This document shows positions 1 to 18,203 of a DNA stretch of 64,000 nucleotides, one piece after another. Every line of letters starts with the position of its first letter. Position 1 is the first letter of the stretch. Position numbers and translations under genes: made by a program. Where the stretch lies: the NCBI RefSeq assembly GCF_009914755.1, contig NC_060941.1; one strand, given 5' to 3'. Source of the DNA: the human T2T-CHM13v2.0 reference genome, Homo sapiens. A model generated the notes under the pieces. That model saw only the letters and a program-made list of their open reading frames with translations. It did not search any database and was not told the origin of the DNA.

Positions 1-980
1 TCTGCCAGGGTTAGCTGCAGGTATTACCCTGGGAGCTACCATCTTGGTCCACATTCAGTGTGGCCAATGTGGCTGTTAGCACTCCTTGTCTGCTCCCATC
101 TCCAACACCTTACCCCCATGTGGAGTCATTTATTCATTCAACAAGTATTTCTTGAGCGCCTACTCACGTATCAGGCATTGAACTCTTGTGTTATTTTCCT
201 ATATCCCAAAAGTCACTGAGCTGAAGGGCAGGCTGACCTAGGCTTGCTTTCTGCTGCACAGGGGAGGCTCCATTCCCCATCATTTCTTGTTCATGCTCAA
301 GGTCATCCAGATGAAAAGCCAGCTTCTGTGTGGCTCAGCTGCCTATTGTTCTCCCTTTTGGATCTCTGTCTGCTGGGTCTGAGTCCTTGGGCTTAGAGTG
401 AGCATGAGAATGACCCTTAGGCCCTGCTTTCAGACCCCAGAGGGCTCAGCGGGAAAGGAGGCTGAGCGGTTTACTTGGGCCCTTTGCAGGGTGGGGCCCT
501 GCCCTGTCTCGTGGGTGCCTCCTCCACATGGATCCTCCCTTGGCCATGGCCTCGTGTACTCCTGGCCTGAGTCTCCTTTTTCTGGGTGGCCGCTCTCCAT
601 CTCAGGAAAGGGCCTGGAAGGGATGAGGGAGGAGTTCACAGGAGAGAGAAGAGGGCAGAGGCAAGTGGAAGAAAAGAGAGAGGCCAAGTCAGGCAAGAGG
701 GGTTGAGAGGGAGGAGGAGGAGAGGATGCTGATGATGACATCTGACATGATTGATTAATGCATGCCTTAATTCCTAGGAGGTCAGAGCTGTTATTATCCC
801 CACTCTACGGTGGAGGCTGAGGCAAAGTGGGCTATGAAACTTGCCCAAAGCCTTGGAGCTGGTAACTGGCAGAGCTAGAATTTGAACTTGAATAGTTTGA
901 CTCCGCCACCCCAGAAGGGTGCAGAATTCTCAAAAGACATCCCAAGGTGTGCAATGAATCGTGTTGAATGGACGGTGGGT

Positions 981-1025
981 TGTGTGTGTGTGTGTGTGTG
1001 TGTATGTGTGTGTGTGTGTGTGTGT
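981..1025. repeat. (TG)n microsatellite, ~22 units with one interruption
   Basis: Seen directly. Confidence 0.95.
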
Positions 1026-1091
1026 TGGGGGGGCGGGGGGAGGCTGAAGGCTGTGAGTTGGCTCTTTTTTTTTCTTAAGAGTCAGTGTCAT

Positions 1092-1584
<493 letters not shown>

Positions 1585-2725
1585 TAGTAACATCTCATGT
1601 ACTCGGGTCAGGATCCTATGATCCTCCCACCAGAGGGAAACCTATATTCACCAGGTTCTGAGACAGCACTGTCCACAGCAGCAGTGTGAGGAGGGAGGTG
1701 GCTGTGGTGTGGGCACAGGCCTGATATCGGTCATTTCCTATCCCTGTGATCATAGGTGAGGCATTTAGCCTCATTTTCCTAAGTCACAAAATAGAAATAA
1801 GAAGTCGATCCTCATAAGGCCATGTGAAGCTGAAACTGCACAGGGGGAGGGCCTGGCACAGGGCGGGGGTGCGGTAAACGGGCGCAGTTGTGATTCCTGC
1901 AGCTCCCGTCACCAGCCTCACTGCTCGGTGGCTGGCAGAGCCCTTCCCACCCCACTCTCAGTCTGGCCTAGGTCCCCGGAGCAGGTAGGCAGGCACTTGC
2001 AGAAGCCCCCTCACTGTGTCACAGATGAGCAAATTGAAGCTCAGGAGGTCAGAGAGAACAAGGAGACCTTGCAGAGGTGTGTGGGGATCTGCCGGAGTCT
2101 GCGGGGGTATCAGGAAGAGAGGGCCCTCTGGGTGGATAGTAGGGGGCCCAGGGGCCCAGTGCAGCTCCCCCACTCCTCCCCCAGCCACTGAGTCCATCCA
2201 CACGGCTGGGATCTATTGGCCCACAAATGGCCCCCATGTCCCTTTCCAGCAGCCTGACCTCATCCACTTGGAGAAAAACAGGAAGCTGGGCATTGCCAGG
2301 AATCGGAACACTCCCTTCCTCAGCTCTGGGCTGCAAGGATGCTGGGATGGCAGGGGGCTCTGGGAGAAGAACCTGGGACAGGGTGTGGGGTGGGGGCTCC
2401 ACAGGCTAAGCCGGGGTGACCTGGGCTGCCCTTGGGGCTTTGGCTTTGGCTCAGTCGGCCGGACTTGGTCTGGCCTGGCATTGCTGAGCCAGACCAGGGG
2501 CTGGGAGGAAGCAGTGAGGTGGGGAGAGGGAGAAGGAGCTCCTGACTTTTCTCTCCCATGTCGAGACAGAGCCCTGGGGCACCAGGGCCACATCTGCCTT
2601 TTGCGTTCATGGGTCCCTTCCTCCACAGAAAAATATTACAAAGTATATTATACAACTGTGTTGGTATAAAGATGAATATAACCCAAGCTGGATTCATGAT
2701 TATCTATTGATTATTATTTTGTTCA

Positions 2726-3048
<323 letters not shown>

Positions 3049-3294
3049 CACCAACATTTTCACGGGGCCCCAAAAGCGTCAGTGTGCCTCCTGTGTCTAA
3101 TGGAGAATTTGGCCCCGTGGGGGAAGCTTCTAACGCTTTCCTGTCCTGCAGAATCCATGTACCCCCTACACAGCCATACAGCATAGCCATTAGCACCCAG
3201 GGGAATGCCAGCCCAGCCTAAAAACTGAACCTCCCCAAGCCCCAGTTTCCTCTTCTGTAGAATGGGAAAACCAAAATGCTTGCCTCCTGGTGCT

Positions 3295-3606
3295 TTTTTT
3301 TGTTTTGTTTTGTTTTGTTTTGAGACGTAGTCTCCCTCTGTTGCTCCAGGCTGGAGTGCATGGGATGATCTTGGCTCACTGCAACCTCCACCTCCCAAGT
3401 TTAAGCGATTCTCCTGCCTCAGGCTCCTGAGTAGCTGAGACTACAGGGACATGCCACCATGCCCGGCTAAATTTTGTATTTTTAGTAGAGATGGGGTTTC
3501 ACCATGTTGGCCAGGCTGGTCTTGAACTCCTGACCCCAAGTGAGGCTCCTGCTGCTTGGCCTCCCGAAGTGCTGGGATTACAGACATGAGTCACCATGTC
3601 CAGCCC
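3295..3606 (-). mobile_element. AluS
   Basis: Antisense Alu consensus with a (TTTTG)n tail. Confidence 0.9.
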
Positions 3607-4434
3607 TCGTGCTCTTTTGAGATGATCCCATGAAAAGTGTCAGGTCCAGGACCTGACCCAGATAACCCCCGACTGTTTTCACCATGTATGTTCACCTCAG
3701 ACCCTGGCAGAGACCCCAACAGCAGCAAGGTGCCTAGCTTTGGGGCTTAGGGACATTTCCAGGGCTGCCACACCTTTCACTTCTTTCTCCTCTCCTGCCT
3801 GTCCCTCTTGGACTCCTGCTCAGGGTCAGACCTAAGGCAACCATGAATCTAATACGTCGTGTTAGTCCAGTTCACAAGCCACTTTGGCTCCATGACTCCA
3901 TCGGTCCTCAGAACTACCCCATGAGGGTTGTCTTGTGTGAGTCTTCACCCCATTCTCCCAGAGAGGATACCAACCATCAGAGAGGTTAGGTACCTGTCCA
4001 AGGTCACACAGCTAGAAAGGGCAAAGTTGGGACAAGCATTTAGATCTGTCAAGCCTACCCTCAGTTGGCACTGTTACATCTGACACCCCAAAATGTTCAT
4101 GCCAGTCAGTATGTATGTGTGTGTGTGTGTGATGGTTCTTGTGACAAGGTAGGTGAGAAGGACTGGAGTGACTCTGGAGTCCTCAGGACCTTTCTGGGAT
4201 GTGCTGACGGGTGGTTCACAGGGGTCCCTGGGCATCTGGGCTCCTGTCTTTGCCCTGCTTAAGGCTGGGGTGGGACCTGGTCCCTGTCTCCTTGGCTGTG
4301 CTGCAGTTGCACCCTCCTTCCTGTGCCCCTGCTCCTCCTCACTGGCTGTCTCAGTGCCAACAGAACCAAAGGAGCAAAGTGGCTTAAGATAACCCTGCCA
4401 TTTTACATCAAAGCTCTAGGGTCATCTTTAATTT

Positions 4435-5063
<629 letters not shown>

Positions 5064-6979
5064 TAAGTTTGTATTGGAAAACAATTTACCATCTTCAAAT
5101 ATATATTATCTCACAAATAGAAATATAGTGAGAAGCTGGTATTCATGTTAGATTCCAGTAAAGAAGATTTAGGCTTAGGGTGAAGAAGGATTCACAGCCC
5201 ATGAGTATTATTTAAGCACAGAAACTGATGACTGTGTACTGTGCAGTGCATGGAGAACCCTTTATAAAGAACTTCCAGGAGAGACTGAATTTATCTGGCA
5301 GGGATGGTTTGGGTTAAGGTTTTAACTTCTGTGCTGTTTTTGATTAAAATCTGCCAGCGCCTCTGACTGAGTTAGACCTCTCTGATCTCTTGTTACTTTG
5401 TTATTTCCTAAGAATCTGAGCTGGAGCTGGATGACAAATACGGTCCTCTGCCCCGTCAGCCATGGACCTGGGGGATGACCTCTCCTTTGCCAGAGGAGGA
5501 TGGGAGCTGGTGGGTGCTGAGACTGACAGTGGATCCACCCAGGCGGAGAGTCTCTTAATGACTCGACTTGGATCCTGTCAGGGCTCTGCCTGCTCTCTTG
5601 CTCTTGGGGCATCCTGTGGCTCTCCCAGTAGGGGAGGAGGGGGCGTGGCTGGACGCTTGCTCGAGGCCCTCCCCATACCAGCAAAGTCCTGCCCCCTTGA
5701 CTCCTGAAGGTAGGCTGGCTCCTTCTCCAGGCCTCCCTTCCTCACTTCCTGCCACTCTGCTGAAACAGGCTCCACGGTTCCTGCTGGCTCCAGCCTCCCG
5801 CTGGCCTCTTCCACGGCCCTCTGCATCTGAAGCTGCACCGCATCCGGGTGTGAGTCTTCAAATCGAGTCCATTGGCCCAGTTGGTTCTAAGTTCCCTGAA
5901 GGCTGAGACTCACCCTGCTCTGCTCACCATGCTATGCCCAGCTCAGCCAGCCCACGAGAGGAACCCAGGAAATATTTGTTGAACCCATTATTGTATGGAT
6001 TAATATTGTAATGTAATAAAATGATGGATTCCACAAATATTTCCTGGAAGACGGGTGTGGAAGTCACACGGACCTGGGTTCATGTTCCATCTCAGCAAGC
6101 TGCTCAGCCTGAGTCCCTCAGGCTTGTTACCTTCAAAGTGGGGGTAATCATTCCACCGGGCTCATGGGGCAGCTGTGGGGAAACTGAGGCGTGCACATGC
6201 AACAATTAGCAGAATGCCGGGTGGGGCAGAGTACACACTGAAGGGATAGGAGCCACTATGATGAGACTCCCTCTTGTGCTGGGATGGTGAGGGCGAGGGC
6301 CCAGGATCCATCGTACAGGCGGATGCATGGTGAGCAGAACACGTGTGAGGCGGGGGGCCCGATGTGCCTTGGGATGGTAGGAAAGAATTCATCCCTGCCG
6401 TTGACACTGGCTAATATCATGTCAGATGGGCCAGAGAATATACCCTAGTGGTTGCCTATGGAGGTCGGCGAGAGAGGAGACGTGGCTAGCACAGGAAGAG
6501 GGGAGAGAAGGAAAGGGGGCACCAGCCAGGCAGACCAGGCAGGGTAGGTAAATCAAGCAATCCTCCCATCTTGGTCTCTCAAAGTGCTGGGATTATAGTT
6601 GTAAGCCACTGTGCCCAGCCTTCTCAGATTCTTTCCTGCCTTGCTAGGAGGGTGGGGAGCAGAGCAGAGGGGCTAGGCCCTGGGGGTGGGTAGGGAAAGA
6701 GAGACAGGCTCTGGCATCTACACCCAGATCCTAACCCCAGCTTTGCCACTGTGTGAATATGGACAAATCACCCTCTTTCTCACCCTAGGTCTCAGCTCCC
6801 CCTCTGTGCAGACACACTGACAGCCACATGTGGACTTCTCCCCCAGCTGCAGCTGGGAATCGGCCTCCAGTCAGAAGCAGGACAGGGAACAAGCATGGTG
6901 GTTTTGGTGTCATGGATTCAAATCCCAGCTGGATGACTCTGCTCACCTCACCTGCCTTTCAGTTTCCATGAGCTGCTAT

Positions 6980-7917
<938 letters not shown>

Positions 7918-7929
7918 CTAGAATGGTTT

Positions 7930-8678
<749 letters not shown>

Positions 8679-8830
8679 TACTCCAGGTATGACTTCAGCA
8701 GCCTCCTAACTTCTCACCAGTTGCTCCCTCCCTGCCTGAAATCCATTTGACACAACCCAAAGACTTTCATAGCACAATAAAGATAAATGACTTAAAATGC
8801 AGAGACTGATTGAGGAGAGAAAATGGCTGA

Positions 8831-9088
<258 letters not shown>

Positions 9089-10949
9089 TAGGGAAAGAGA
9101 GAGGATCTGGCAACAACACCCAGATCCTAACCCCAGCTTTGCCACTGTGTGAATATGGACCAATCACCCCCTCTCTCACCCTAGGTCTCAGGTCCTGCTC
9201 TGTGAAATGACATTTGTTTGAGGGCCAGCATCCTAGAGCTAGGGACACAGTCTCTAAGAACCTGCCTTCCAGCAACCCTCAAGGCCACACATCCGGGTAG
9301 CTTCCCTGGGGTCTAGCTTGCCCTGCCTTCTGAAGTTTATTTGTTTAACACAATCAAGTTATTACAAAGCTTAATTCCCAGAAGATATCACTGTACTTTT
9401 GAGCTTATGAAGCAACTCAAAGTAAATTTATGAGGTGTTGACAAGTAGAGGCCGTGGGGAACCAGCTTTTTGTTGCATAGAGAGTAATCTTCTATAGTCA
9501 GCTGGAGGCTTATCTTCAGTTAGATGTCGTCTAAGAGAAAACATTTCCTCTTTTGAGCAGATCAGCGTGGAGCCTCTGTAATAACTCTTTTGCACACTTA
9601 GTTAAAGGGAACCCTGTTCTGATTCCTGTGGTTAGCAATTAATTGATGAGGCTTTTATAGTTCTTGGAATAAAGAAGAAATGGAAATTCCAAAGAAGAGA
9701 CAGACCTATAAAGCCCTTTTAATGAGATACATGAGTGGGTAGTGGTGGAGTAAGGGAGTGTCCTGGAACCAGCCTGAAGGGTGGGCCCAGGAAGCTGTTC
9801 CTACTCTTGGCTTTCAGAGTTTTGTGTTTTTTTCTTTTCTTTTTTTTTCCCCAAAGTCATGGCTGAAGGCCTTCCAGCTGTGGAGCTTAATCAGACCCCA
9901 GTGATTGCATAAATCACAAACATCTAGCACTAGCCCAATCAGGCCCAAACCCAACTCTTTTGAATGTTAGAACTTGCACATTTGAGGTCAAGTTCTGTTG
10001 GACACAGAGAGGAAGGGTATTCGGAAAAGGACAGACTTTTTCCAGAAACTCTTTGGCACCCAGCCTCCCTCCCCCCGAGTCAGATTTGGGAGCACATCCA
10101 AAGCAAGGCACCCACACAAAGACCAGGGACGCTTTCCAGATGAGATCCAGCCCCTTGTCTGCCCACAGGCATTGACTGAGTCTCCTTGTGCTCAGTGGGT
10201 TAGATACTTGAGCAGGAGCTGGGAGGTAAGTCAACTTGGCATCATCTCTGTCTCTAAGGGAGTTGAATAATCCTGTGTTCCATGTATTGTGCCTGGGATG
10301 GGAGTCAAGAGGTGAGAGAGGGCTGCCCCTCCTTTGGAGCAGTTTCTACAGGAGAGACAGGCCAGATGCCTGGCCTGACTGCCCTGCTGCCCCACCGAGA
10401 TAGACCCCGGCTCTCGGTTCCACTCACGGTGAGTATTAAGCACCCCCTACGCTACACCATTGTATCCCTTCCTTACTCCACTGGCTGCCAATGCGCTGTC
10501 TTGTTGACCCAGCCTCCAAATAATAATTTTTCTTGATTATGGAGTTTTGGCACCTCCTGAAATTTTGCTCTCGAGGCAAGCGCCTAAATCAGCTAATCCT
10601 AATGGAGGCCCCGGCAAACATCTGACTGATGGTGACACATACAAAAGCAGCTTCAAGCCACAGTGCGTTAGTGCTTAGAAAAAAAGCCCCATGAGATTCC
10701 AAAGAGACATTTGCATAATTCTGGGTCAGTGCTTCCCAAAGTATATGCTGTGAAACATCAATCCTATGAGGTGCTTATCCAAAAGATAAGAGATTTTTGT
10801 GGACAAATAATTTTGGGAAATAATGCATACTCTAACTTCTGCCTTAGATATTCATTATGGACACGAACACGCTAAAAGCTCAGACTCCTGGGTGAAGAAA
10901 CATCACTTTTCTAGCCCATCCTCTTTGGCTGCTTAGCTGGGTCAGCTTG

Positions 10950-11442
10950 GGCAACTCTATCAATGTTTCTTAAAGGGAAATGAGAGGGTGCTCATCTGAG
11001 AATCTCTTAAGGGTGCTTGTTAGAGAGTACTGGCCGGTCATGGTGGCTCACGCCTATAATCCCAGCACTTTGGGAGGCTGAGGTGGGTGGATCATCTGAG
11101 GTCAGGAGTTTGAGACCAGCCCAGCCAACACAGCAAAACCCCATCTCTATTAAAAATACAAAAATTAGCTGGGCATGGTGATACTCAGGAGGCTGAGGCA
11201 GGAGAATCGCTTGAACCTGGGAGGCGGAGATTGCGGTGAGCCAAGATTGTGCCATTGCACTCTAGCCTGGATGACAGAGTGAGGCTCCGTCTCAAAAAAA
11301 AAAAAAAAAAAAAAAAGGAAATAGAGAGTACCCAGCCCTGCTGCAGACTTTGCAAATCAGAGTCTCCGGAGCTCAGGAACCAGGAATTTGCTTTGAACAG
11401 TGCCCAGTTGATGGTGATGTATGTTCCACTTGAGAATACCAG
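10950..11442. mobile_element. MER5-like fossil with an Alu (11032-11317, +, internally deleted) inserted
   Basis: TSD tagagagtac flanks the Alu; MER5-type aatcagagtctcc...gaatttgc...ttgagaa. Confidence 0.55.
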
Positions 11443-11682
11443 ATAAACTTTGCAGGGCCTTGGCTTTTCCTGAGTGTTGTAAATATCAAGATATAAGTTT
11501 GACCAACAGTTTAGTCAAAAAGAAACTTAGGCACTTCCCAACTCATTCTTTGAGGCCTGATACCAAAACCAGGCAAAGATAACACAAAAAAGAGAAAATT
11601 ACAGACCAATACATATTATGAATATAGATGCATTCTCTGGTACAGAATGAGGCTTTGTCAAATTAAAAATAAGAAAAATTTA

Positions 11683-13939
11683 TACTGGAAGTCCTAGGCA
11701 GAGAGATCAGGCAAGAGAAACAAAGGGCGTCCAAATTGGAAAAGAGAAAGTCAAACTATCCCTGTTTTCTGGTGATATGATCGTATACCTAGAAAACCCT
11801 AAAGACTCATCGAAAAGGCTCTTAGATCTGATAAATGAATTCAGTAAAGTCTCAGGTTACAGAATCAATGTGCACAAATTAGTAGCACTGCTATACACTA
11901 ACAACGACCAAGCTGAGAATCAAATCAAGAAATCAATCCCTTTTTCAACAGCTGCAATAAATAAATAAATAAATAAAATACAATACCTAGGAACAGACTT
12001 AACCAAGGAGGTGAAAGATCTCTACAAGGAAAACTACAGAACATTGCTGAAAGAAATCACAGATGACACAAACAAATGGAAACACATCTTATGCTCATGG
12101 ATGGGAAGAATCAGTATTGTGAAAATGTCCATACTACCCAAAGCAATCTACAGATTCAATGTAATTCCCATCAAAACATCATCATCATTTTTCACAGAAC
12201 TAGAAAAAACAATCCTAAAATTCATATGGAACCAAAAAAGAGCCCAAATAGCTAAAGCAATGCTAAGCAAAAACAATCTGGAAGCATCACATTACTGGAC
12301 TTCAAATTATACTACAAGGTTATAGTTACCAAAACAGCATAGTACTGGTATAAAAATAGGCACTTAGACCAATGGAACAGATAGAGAACCCAGGCATAAA
12401 ACTAAATACAGCCAACTGATCTTCAACAAAGCATACAAAAACATAAACTGGGGAAAGGACACCCTATTCAATAAATAGTGCTGGGAAAACTGGCAAGCCA
12501 CATGTAGAATAATGAAACTGGATCCTCATCTCTCACCTTATAGAAAAATCAACTCAAGATGGATCAAAGACTTAAATCTGAGACCTAAAACTATAAAAAT
12601 TTTAGAAGATAACATTGGAAAAACTCTGCTAGACGTTGGCCTAGGCAAAGAATTCGTGACTAAGACTCCAAAAGCAAATGCAACAAAAACAAAAATAAAT
12701 AAATGGAACCTAATTAAACTAAAAAGCTTCTACACAGCAAAGGAAATAATCAGCAGAGTGAACAGACAACCCACAGAATGGGGGAAATATTTGCAAACTG
12801 TGCATCCAACAAAGGACTAATATCCAGAATCAACAAGGAACTCAAATCAGCAAGAAAAAAAATAAAATAATTCCATCAAAAATTGGGCAATGGACATGAA
12901 TCGACATTTCTCAAAAGAAGATATACAAACGGCCAACGAACATGTGAAAAAATGCTCAACATCAGTGGGAAATGCAAATTAAAACCACAATAAGGTACCA
13001 CTTTACTCCAGCAAGAATGGTCATAATTAAAAAGTCAAAAAACAAAAGATATTGGTGTGGATGTGATGAAAAGGAAACACTTTGACATTGCTGGTGGGAA
13101 TGTAATTAGTACAACTTCTATAGAGAACAGTATGGAGATTCCTTAAAGAACTAAAAGTAGATCTACCTTTTGATCCAGCAATCCCACTACTGGTTATCTA
13201 CCCAAAGGAAAAGAAATCATTGTATGAAAAAGACACATACATATGCCTGTTTATAGCAGCACGATTCACAGTTGCAAACATATGGAACCAGCCTAAGTGC
13301 TTATCGACCAATGAGTGGATAAAGAAAATGTGGTATATATACACAATGGAATACTACTACAAAAAAGTACTAATATTTTTTGCTCCATAAAAAGGAACAA
13401 AATAATATGTTTTGCAGTAATTTGGATGGAGCTGGAGGCCATTATTCTAAGTGAAGTAATTCAGGAAGTAATTCAGTAATTCAGGTTCTCATTTATAAGT
13501 GGGAGCTAAGCTATGAGGATGCAAAGACATACAAAATGATATAATGGACCTTGGGAACTCAGGAGGCAGAGATTGGGAGAAGGGTGAGGGATAAAAGACT
13601 ACATATTGGGTACAGTGTACACTACCTGGCTGTACACTAGCGTACACTACCTGGCTGTACACTAGCGTACACTACCTGGCTGTACACTAGCGTACACTAC
13701 CTGGCTGTACACTAGCGTACACTACCTGGCTGTACACTAGCGTACACTACCTGGCTGTACACTAGCGTACACTACCTGGCTGTACACTAGCGTACACTAC
13801 CTGGCTGTACACTAGTGTACACTTAGTGATGGGTACACTAAAATCTCAGAATTCACTACTATAGAAGTCATCCATGTAACCACTTGTACCATAAAAGCTA
13901 TTGAAACACTTGTACCGTAAAAGCTATTGAAATTTTTTT
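11683..13939 (+). mobile_element. 5'-truncated L1 (L1PB-like): decayed ORF2 3' part plus 3'UTR
   Basis: ORF2 fragments ([11 protein letters not shown]..., ...[13 protein letters not shown]..., [10 protein letters not shown]...); L1PB-type 3'UTR (gggataaaagactacatattgggtacagtgtacac...); TSD AAAAATAAGAAAAATTTA at 11665-11682 and 13940-13957. Confidence 0.9.
13617..13823. repeat. Minisatellite: 8 copies of 25-bp GTACACTACCTGGCTGTACACTAGC plus a partial copy
   Basis: Counted directly; seven identical copies, and the eighth differs by one C>T. Confidence 0.97.
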
Positions 13940-16261
13940 AAAAATAAGAAAAATTTAAAATATAAAAATAAAAACAAAATGCCAACCACCAATTCCAACA
14001 GCATATCAAAGGATTATACGCCATGACAGAGTGGGATTTATTTTAGGAATGCAAAGTTGGTTGAATAAAAAAAATGAATGTAATACATTGTGTCAATAGA
14101 ATAAAAGACAAACATCATATATCAATCCACACAGAAAAAGCATTTAACAAAATCCAACACCCCTTTATGATAAAAATAATCAACAAACTAAGACTAGTAA
14201 AGAACTCAGTTTGATAAAGGGCATAGACAAAAAACTCACAGTTAGCATCATATTTAATAGTGAAAGACTGGATGCTTTTCCCCTAAGATCAGGAACAAAA
14301 CAAGGATATTCACTCTTGCTGCTTCTATTCACCATTGTGCTGAAGGTTCTAGCCAGGGCAATTAGGGAAGAAAATGCAATAAAAGGCATCCAGATTGGAA
14401 AGGAATAAGTAAAACTGTCAATATTCTCAAATGACATGGTCTTTTATATAGAAAATCCATTTTAAAAAAACTATTAGAACTAATAAGCAAGTTCAGCAAA
14501 GTTGTAGGATAAAAAAAATCAGTTGTATATCTATACACTTGCATTGAATAATCTGAAAATGAAATTTAAAAATGATCCTATTTGTAGGAATATCAAAAAT
14601 AATAAAGTACTTAGGAATAAATTTAATAAAAAGGTACAAACCTTATACTTTTGAAAAATACAAAATGTTGTTGATAGAAATTAAGATCTAAATAAATGCA
14701 AAGACATCCCATATTTGTGGATTGGAAGACTTAATGTTGTTAAGATGACAATACTTCCAAAATGTATCTATACATTCAATGTAGTCCATATCAAAATCTC
14801 AGCTCGCCTCTTTCCGGGAATCAATAAACTGATTATGAAATTCATATGAAGATTCAAGGGATCCAGAATAGGCAAAACAATTTTGAAAAAGAAGAACAAA
14901 ATTGAAGAACTCACACTTGCCAATTTCAAAACTTACTACAAAGCTACAGTAATCTAGACAGTATGGTACTGGCATAAGGATAGACATATTGATCAGTGAA
15001 ATAGAATCAAGAATTCGGAAATACTCTCACCTTTATGATCAGCTAATTTTTGGCATGGATGCCAAAACAATTCAATGGGGAAAGAATTTCAAGAAATGGT
15101 GTTGGGATAACTGAGTAGCCACAAACACAAAAAAATTAAGTTGCCTCTCTACCTCACATTATATTAAAAAAAGTTACAAGTGGATGAAAGACCTAAAACT
15201 ATAAAACTCTTTAGAAGAAAACATGGGGTTAAACTTTATGACCTTGGATTAGGCAATGGTTTGTTAGATATGATAATAAAAGCACAAGCAACAGTGACAA
15301 CAAATAGATAAGATAGACTTCATCAAAATTGAAAACTTAAGTGCTTCAAAGGACACCATCAAGAAAGTGAAAGGCAATCCACAGAATAGGAGAAAATGTT
15401 TACAAATCATGTATCTGATAAGGGTCTGATATATAAAGAACTCTTACAACTAAATAAAAAATAACCTGATTTAAAAATGAGTAAAGGATCTAAATAGACA
15501 TTTCCCCAAAGAAGACATGCAAAGGGCCAATAAACATGTGAAAAGATGCTCACTATTATTAGCCATCAAGGAAATGTAAATTAAAACCATAATGAAATAT
15601 CATTTCACACCTACTAGGATGGCTGAGATTAAAAAGACCAAAACAGGCAATAACAATTGTTGGCAAGGATGTGGGGGAGAAAACATGATGATAGGAATAT
15701 AGAACAGTGCAACTGCTTTGGGAAACAGACTGGCAGCTCCTCAAAAGGTTAAGCACAGAGTTGTATGATCCAGCAATTCCGCTCCAAGTTAGGTACCTAC
15801 CCAAGATAACTACAAATATACAGACACAAGAACGCTTGCATGTGAATGTTCATAGCAGTATTATTCATAATAGCCAAAGAAGGTGGAAACAACCCAAATG
15901 CCCATCAACTGATGAATGGATGAATAACATGTGATATATCTATACAAGGCTATTATTTTAGTCTTGCAAAGGAATGAAGTTTTGATGCATGCTATGACCT
16001 GGGTTAACCTTGAAAACAGCATGCTGAGTGAAAGAAGTCAGGCACAAAAGGCCATGTACTGTATAATCCCATTTATTTGAAATGTTCAGAAGGAGTAAAA
16101 ATCCATAGAGATGTAAAGTAGATTAATGATTGCTTAGGATTAAAATGAGGGTTGGGGAAGTGGGGGATGACTGCTAACCGGTATGGGGTTTCATTTTCAG
16201 GTGATAAAAATGTTCTAAAACTGATTGTAGCAATGGTTGCCCAACTCTGTGAATATACTAA

Positions 16262-16784
<523 letters not shown>

Positions 16785-17460
16785 TAGATGGGTGAATTGT
16801 ATGGTATGTGAATTATAATCTCAATAAAACTGTAAGAAAAGAAACCTAGGGATGGAACTCCAGTTGCACCCCCTGACCAATAAGGCTCATCAGCCTCCTC
16901 ACACCCAGGAGGAGACCAAGCATGACTCATTACCTCCACCTCTCGCTTCCTCTTCCCTCCTCAGTGTGTTTCCCCTTGGCTTCCCCATCCCACACGTGAC
17001 CACACTTATCCACAGAACAAAGGAATCCTGGCCACTAACCTTAGGCTGGTGCTCAGCGTGGGTCCTCCATCTTCTAGGGTGATGCGTCTGGCTAATTTTC
17101 AAGATCTCATTCACCCCAACAAGCATTTACTTAGAACCTATGTTCTTAAAAGCACTTGAAGCAAATAAGTACAGCCATTGCCCTCAATTGCTTTCAGCCT
17201 AGTAGGAGCGATAAGATCTATCACTGAAGATTCAGTTGACCAGTTGACGTAAGAGCAAACCCCAAATAGCAATGGCTTAAATGAGATAGAACTTATTTCA
17301 CTTACACAAAATAGAAGCCTGGAAGTAGGTAGTCCTGGGCTGGTTCTGTATTTCCTTGGCATCACTGGGTATTCAGGCTCTTTATGTCTCTCTGTGTCGT
17401 CCTAGCATGTGATTTTCCTGGGCCGAGATGGCTGTTGAAGTGGGTTGAAGAATGAATGGG

Positions 17461-18203
<743 letters not shown>

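Noticed and set aside
2016-2669. 217-aa ORF
   Set aside because: Non-ATG start, no recognisable domain, overlapping ORFs in several frames typical of GC-rich non-coding DNA.
3639-3657. Palindrome GTCAGGTCC-A-GGACCTGAC
   Set aside because: A 9-bp-arm inverted repeat is within chance expectation for 64 kb and has no supporting context.
13617-13823. CRISPR-like array of palindromic ~25-bp repeats
   Set aside because: Units are contiguous with no unique spacers, there are no cas genes, and the context is a primate L1 3'UTR; it is a minisatellite.
11777-15934. Reverse-transcriptase-like ORFs as a novel gene
   Set aside because: They are fragments of L1 ORF2 broken by stops and frameshifts, with no 5'UTR or ORF1; not functional.
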